Positions 60,005 to 64,000 of a stretch of 64,000 nucleotides of DNA are shown piece by piece. Numbering within the stretch: position 1 is the first letter of the stretch; each line of letters starts with the position of its first letter. The notes under the pieces are model-generated. The model was not told the origin of the DNA. It worked only from the letters and a program-made list of their open reading frames with translations, and made no database searches. The position numbers were made by a program, and so were the translations under genes. Source of the stretch: an uncultured delta proteobacterium (lineage in GTDB: Bacteria > Desulfobacterota > Syntrophobacteria > BM002); the NCBI GenBank assembly GCA_963712115.1, contig CAVQGX010000019.1, forward strand, positions 25,293 to 89,292, in the 5' to 3' direction.

Positions 60005-60319
60005 AAGCTTCCCCACTATGCTAAACTCACTTAGAGACTGGCTTTCGTCTTTTATAGTTTCTTTGAACTCCTCTATGGCTTTGTCGAGCACTCGCTGAAG
60101 CAATTCCTGTGGCTCAGGATGACCTTGGGCGATGGTATGAAATAACTTACCAAGAAGTCCTGCATAAAGCTGATATGGGCTCGAAAATTTCTTTGAAGCC
60201 CTGGCTCCTGACATAATTTGATAATTACCGGAGGGGTCTTTAACGCAGCATGAGACTAGATATCCCTCTGCTTCTTCTTCGTCCACCATTTGGGCCATAG
60301 ACCTTATTAATTCCTCCAT
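60002..60319 (-). CDS. Hypothetical protein
   Basis: ATG 60319 follows AGGGGG; TAG stop overlaps the MITE end. Confidence 0.6.
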   Translation of the reverse strand: MEELIRSMAQMVDEEEAEGYLVSCCVKDPSGNYQIMSGARASKKFSSPYQLYAGLLGKLFHTIAQGHPEPQELLQRVLDKAIEEFKETIKDESQSLSEFSIVGKL

Positions 60320-60432
60320 TCGTTTCCCCCTTCTCGGGTTATCCGGGCAGTTGCGACACGATGTCACATACTTGCAAGTGAAAGCATATTCTGCCCTTCA
60401 TTGAGGAGAAAAAATCTCTGCAGTTGCCCACT

Positions 60433-61143
60433 CTATTCATCCTTTTTCGGAGCTTTGAACCTTAGCTTGAAAACCAGCACAAATGCCAAAACAATTATGC
60501 CAATCAGCCCTGCAGTTCTCATTTGTTCCAAGCTAGCATAGCCCGATACGTATCTGTAAAAATAGGTTCTGGGGTCCTTTAGTAGAGCTGCCCTGATATC
60601 GGCAAAGGCCTTGTCTTGAAAACCAAGCTCCCGATAAACCTTAGCTCGTGTGATGTAGGCGTCCGCCAAAACTCGCGGTTCTCTAGCGAGTTGGATCGCT
60701 TCGGTGGAATCGCTAAGGGCCTTTTCATTCTGACCACTTCGTCTGTAAGCCTCCGCCCGGTAACAGAGTGCACTAATCAAGTTTGGATCAACCTTTAAAG
60801 CGTGACTAAAAGTGGCTATAGCTGCATCATAGGTTCCTATGTATAGGTAACCCATACCCAACATCCTAAAGCCCTCACCTTTATCGGGCTGGAGTCTCGT
60901 GTAGTTTTCAAAATCCTCAACAACCTTGTGGTATTTTCCTTGGAAATAGTAGAGCATACCCCTTTTTGCGTATGCCGATGCCAGGTTCGGATCCAACTCC
61001 AGCGCCTTGCTGAAGTACTCTATCTTTTTTTTGGCCGTGGAGCTTTTCGTGGCAATATCAAAGTAGACCGCAGCGTCCTTAGCAAGGGCTGAGGATGTGG
61101 GCAGCCAAACTATTGTGAGCAAATAGATTAGAAGCCTCTTCAT
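60433..61143 (-). CDS. TPR-repeat protein with signal peptide and C-terminal TM
   Basis: ALELDPNLASAYAKRG-type TPRs. Confidence 0.85.
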   Translation of the reverse strand: MKRLLIYLLTIVWLPTSSALAKDAAVYFDIATKSSTAKKKIEYFSKALELDPNLASAYAKRGMLYYFQGKYHKVVEDFENYTRLQPDKGEGFRMLGMGYLYIGTYDAAIATFSHALKVDPNLISALCYRAEAYRRSGQNEKALSDSTEAIQLAREPRVLADAYITRAKVYRELGFQDKAFADIRAALLKDPRTYFYRYVSGYASLEQMRTAGLIGIIVLAFVLVFKLRFKAPKKDE

Positions 61144-61311
61144 GAAGTTACACCATATTGTTCAAGGACAGAAATGAGCTGAAACTAATTTTGAATTATA
61201 TCCCCAACCATTCCAGAATGCTCAGAAAAAAAACTGCGGGCAGGATAAAAAAACAGCACTCAGCAGTAGAGCAATAGCTAGATTTTCCTGCTCCTATGAG
61301 CAATGAGTGCT

Positions 61312-61327
61312 TGGCATGATTCCTGCT
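61312..61327 (+). promoter_or_regulatory. Putative sigma-54 promoter
   Basis: TGGCATGATTCCTGCT fits GG-N10-GC. Confidence 0.5.
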
Positions 61328-61425
61328 TTTGCATGACCCTGAATCATGTCCAGGACAAGTATTTATGACCACTTAAGCTTTAAAGGATTCTTCTATAGTA
61401 ACCAAATAGAATAAAAGGAAAAAAT

Positions 61426-61770
61426 TTGCTAAAAGAAGAAAAAGCCTTCCTGGTAGTCATGAGCATGGCAATTGGAGCACTCGTCTGTTCGATTGCCGTT
61501 ATTGGCAAGCACCTTTCACTAACCAAATCACTGCTTGTGGGGCTGGCGATTACACTGCTTTACCCCACCTTTATCATCGCTATGGTGAGGTTTTCTGTGG
61601 CACTAAAATCTTGGGCCCATAGGGAAAAATTCGACGACTGGGTTGCCAGCGGTCGAGAGACGGTGCGAGCATATCTTTTCCTACTATTTCCTGTGGTACT
61701 TCCAATTCTTGTAGTCTTTTATTTGTCTTTTGGCATAATAAACCGGATTTTTAGTTATAAGGCTGCGTGA
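61426..61770 (+). CDS. Small membrane protein (about 3 TM)
   Basis: Three hydrophobic stretches. Confidence 0.6.
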   Translation: MLKEEKAFLVVMSMAIGALVCSIAVIGKHLSLTKSLLVGLAITLLYPTFIIAMVRFSVALKSWAHREKFDDWVASGRETVRAYLFLLFPVVLPILVVFYLSFGIINRIFSYKAA

Positions 61771-61916
61771 CTGTTTCAATCGGCTCCAGACCAAATACTA
61801 GGGCCGACTTAGACATGGTCTACTTGATTTTGGCCATGAAATAAATTGTGACCTTTCCCGATATTTTGATAAGCTCTAAACGGCAAGGCTAAACGCAGTT
61901 TCTTGGACAAAAAAAT

Positions 61917-63104
61917 ATGTACCTCTCTTCATTCATCCACAGGGACGATCTATTCGACATTGCCGAGCGCTGGCTCTTGGGTCGGCTAGAGCCCGACGAT
62001 GGCTTGCGCATTACACAAATCCTCATCTGTGACGGCTTCGTCCTGGGTCAAACTCTTGAGGCTATGTTAAGGGTTTTATTGGAGACGGTTCATGGAAAGT
62101 TTTTCAAGCAAAAACGCATTCAATTCAAAGGCCAGCTCCGCGATGCCATCTGTAGCAGTCCTCTAGACGGAAGCGCTCGTGTCCATGACCTGGTGCGTCT
62201 CTACAACACTAATCCTGAGTTTTTCTACCGAGAAGCACCCATCAATGGCTCTATCTGTATCGATGACGAGAATCGCCTCTTGGGTCTGTATAGACTAAAA
62301 CGTCCAAGACGGATCGCAGAGAAAGCCAACCGTTATGTGGCCAATTGGATTTTTCGGCTGGTCCAGGATCGGGCCAAAGAAATGGCCTGGGAAAGGGCAA
62401 AAGACCATAACGTCCCCTTGGAAGCACTCATCACCCCCCAAAATCTCATGGACTCCGAGTTTGTCAGGGCAGAGAAAGATATTGCCAAGATGTTCAAGGA
62501 CAATAAAATACAACTGGATAAGTCGGCTCTAAAAATCCATGACGTTGGAGGTATAAAAATTGTTGCAAGTACGGAAAGGCTCTCTCTTTTGGAAAAAGAA
62601 CTGTCTGACCAGCTGAACATCAGAGTGAATGAAAGAGAAAGCTTTTCGGGAACTTACCAGGCCACCAGTTTAGTTATTGAAGTGGTGTGGGATCCAGATT
62701 ATGTTTGCCGCCGTTACATGGATCTACGTGCTTGGAGGAAATATCTTAACCGAGGCCTTTCTGAAATAGAGTTGAAAAAGGGATTGGAGCCTTTATTGGA
62801 GGGCTCGAAACCAACCCTCAAATTAGAATTGATTCTTTCCACCTTCCCCGACATGGTGGAGTCCGAGTTAGGAAACAGCCTCCACGAAGAAAGAATCGTA
62901 GCCCAAAGAGACAACAAGCTCTACAGGGGTTATATCCCCATGAATGTGGAGTTCCTCATAGAATACCTTCTTGCTGTTGGGGTCTGCCCACATACTAATA
63001 TCGAACGGTTGCCCATAAAGATCTGGGGACGCTACCTTCCCGATACGGTCATCGATCACATCCGGGCGCTTTATGGGATGCCGGATTTTGACCTTTTTTG
63101 TTAA
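61917..63104 (+). CDS. Hypothetical protein with divergent RelA/SpoT synthetase-like motifs
   Basis: RLKRPRRIAEK, DVGGIKIV, GTYQATSL, LELILST, SELGNSLHEERI, in the order of RSH synthetase motifs. Confidence 0.6.
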   Translation: MYLSSFIHRDDLFDIAERWLLGRLEPDDGLRITQILICDGFVLGQTLEAMLRVLLETVHGKFFKQKRIQFKGQLRDAICSSPLDGSARVHDLVRLYNTNPEFFYREAPINGSICIDDENRLLGLYRLKRPRRIAEKANRYVANWIFRLVQDRAKEMAWERAKDHNVPLEALITPQNLMDSEFVRAEKDIAKMFKDNKIQLDKSALKIHDVGGIKIVASTERLSLLEKELSDQLNIRVNERESFSGTYQATSLVIEVVWDPDYVCRRYMDLRAWRKYLNRGLSEIELKKGLEPLLEGSKPTLKLELILSTFPDMVESELGNSLHEERIVAQRDNKLYRGYIPMNVEFLIEYLLAVGVCPHTNIERLPIKIWGRYLPDTVIDHIRALYGMPDFDLFC

Positions 63105-63275
63105 CTAGCATAGCCCCTGTCATTTCGCAGTATTCATTTCACATTTTTCATTGATAACTTCTCACTTGTGCTTGACTACTTTAGTGAAAGCCCTTCACTA
63201 AAATTTTCTTGTCCCTCTTGATAAGATGATAAATGGGAAATGAGAGATGAGAAATGAAAAGGTGTCTAGTTGGCT

Positions 63276-63677
63276 TTAGGTATGCTTTGAAATGACACCG
63301 CTAAGGAAGGTGCGGTCATTACTGGAAAGTTTAGTGAAGCGGACACCCATTACATGGTGGGTGGATTTGCCCTCAGACTTGTGGCCATTTGACCAGACTA
63401 CTTCTGCGTTCACCAAAATTAGACGGTCCTTGGTGGTCATAACCAGACGAAAGTTGTCTTCCAGCTTAGGCTTTTGGGGACAACGGATAAACGCCCCGCC
63501 AAGACTGATATTGTGAGTCCGACCATCGACCAGGCCGTTACTTGTGGTCATCACCACGGGCCATTTTACTTTGACTCTGCGGTGTCTTCGATTCTCACGG
63601 GACCCAAATCCACTGAGTAAGACCGCGAGCTTGGCGACCGGTTTGTGAATGATTTGTTTGACCACCTCTAGCTCCAT
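63276..63677 (-). CDS. Single PilZ-domain protein
   Basis: NRRHRR, NISLGG, AEVVW, MGVRF. Confidence 0.85.
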   Translation of the reverse strand: MELEVVKQIIHKPVAKLAVLLSGFGSRENRRHRRVKVKWPVVMTTSNGLVDGRTHNISLGGAFIRCPQKPKLEDNFRLVMTTKDRLILVNAEVVWSNGHKSEGKSTHHVMGVRFTKLSSNDRTFLSGVISKHT

Positions 63678-64000
63678 AAAGGCTAAATTAACTTCCTTTC
63701 CAATGTGCCTGTAGTCACAAGTTGTGGCTGTATACCATAAAGGATGGGTAGAAGGCAAGCCCATTAGTGGCCGGAATTGGAGAGAGATTAAAGAGGGGAG
63801 ATAACAGATTAGAATAAAATGAAAAATCTTCCACCCAACCAATAATATATATTCCAGCCAGCAGAAATAAAAACGCCCGGCAAGATTTCCTTCGTGGAAG
63901 GAACTTGTCCTGAGCAAAGCGAAGGAGGACAAGCTCACTCGGAGTTGCTGCAAGTCCGTCTCCAGCGCAGTGTTTGAAACAAAAAAAAGCGCCCGGACCA

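Noticed and set aside
1558-63999. CRISPR array, tRNA, rRNA or transposase
   Set aside because: Repeats are dispersed or 7-mer tandem, without constant repeat-spacer spacing. No cas genes, tRNA/rRNA signatures or DDE/HUH ORFs were recognised.

Overview
Bacterial chromosomal window of roughly 50% GC. Gene content and sigma-54 promoters suggest an anaerobic Desulfobacterota/deltaproteobacterial genome (inference). Housekeeping blocks are a partial UvrD-like helicase, recG, a nupC-type transporter, fdhD-cysteine desulfurase-mobB-mobA-moeA, lgt, yhaM-tmk-holB-ricT-metG and def-fmt-DUF116-rsmB-PASTA-rpe, followed by an accessory-like second half. Main results beyond the ORF track: (1) four genes interrupted by in-frame TGA codons, each followed by a SECIS-like hairpin: Sec-MsrA, a UxxC peroxiredoxin-like protein, a 60-aa dual-CxxC protein and an unrecognised 50-aa membrane micro-selenoprotein upstream of a triple Cys-repeat protein; (2) a tandem pair of about 1430-aa GGDEF-STAND ATPase-HEAT proteins, the second frameshifted; (3) a divergent RelA/SpoT-synthetase-like ORF; (4) several ~200-bp MITE-like elements with different terminal repeats but a shared GAGGCGTA..TACG core, compensatory changes and ends at stop codons, plus heptamer-repeat palindromes and nested mini-hairpins. 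No rRNA, tRNA, CRISPR array or transposase was seen. All calls are by-eye motif recognition; no database searches were run.
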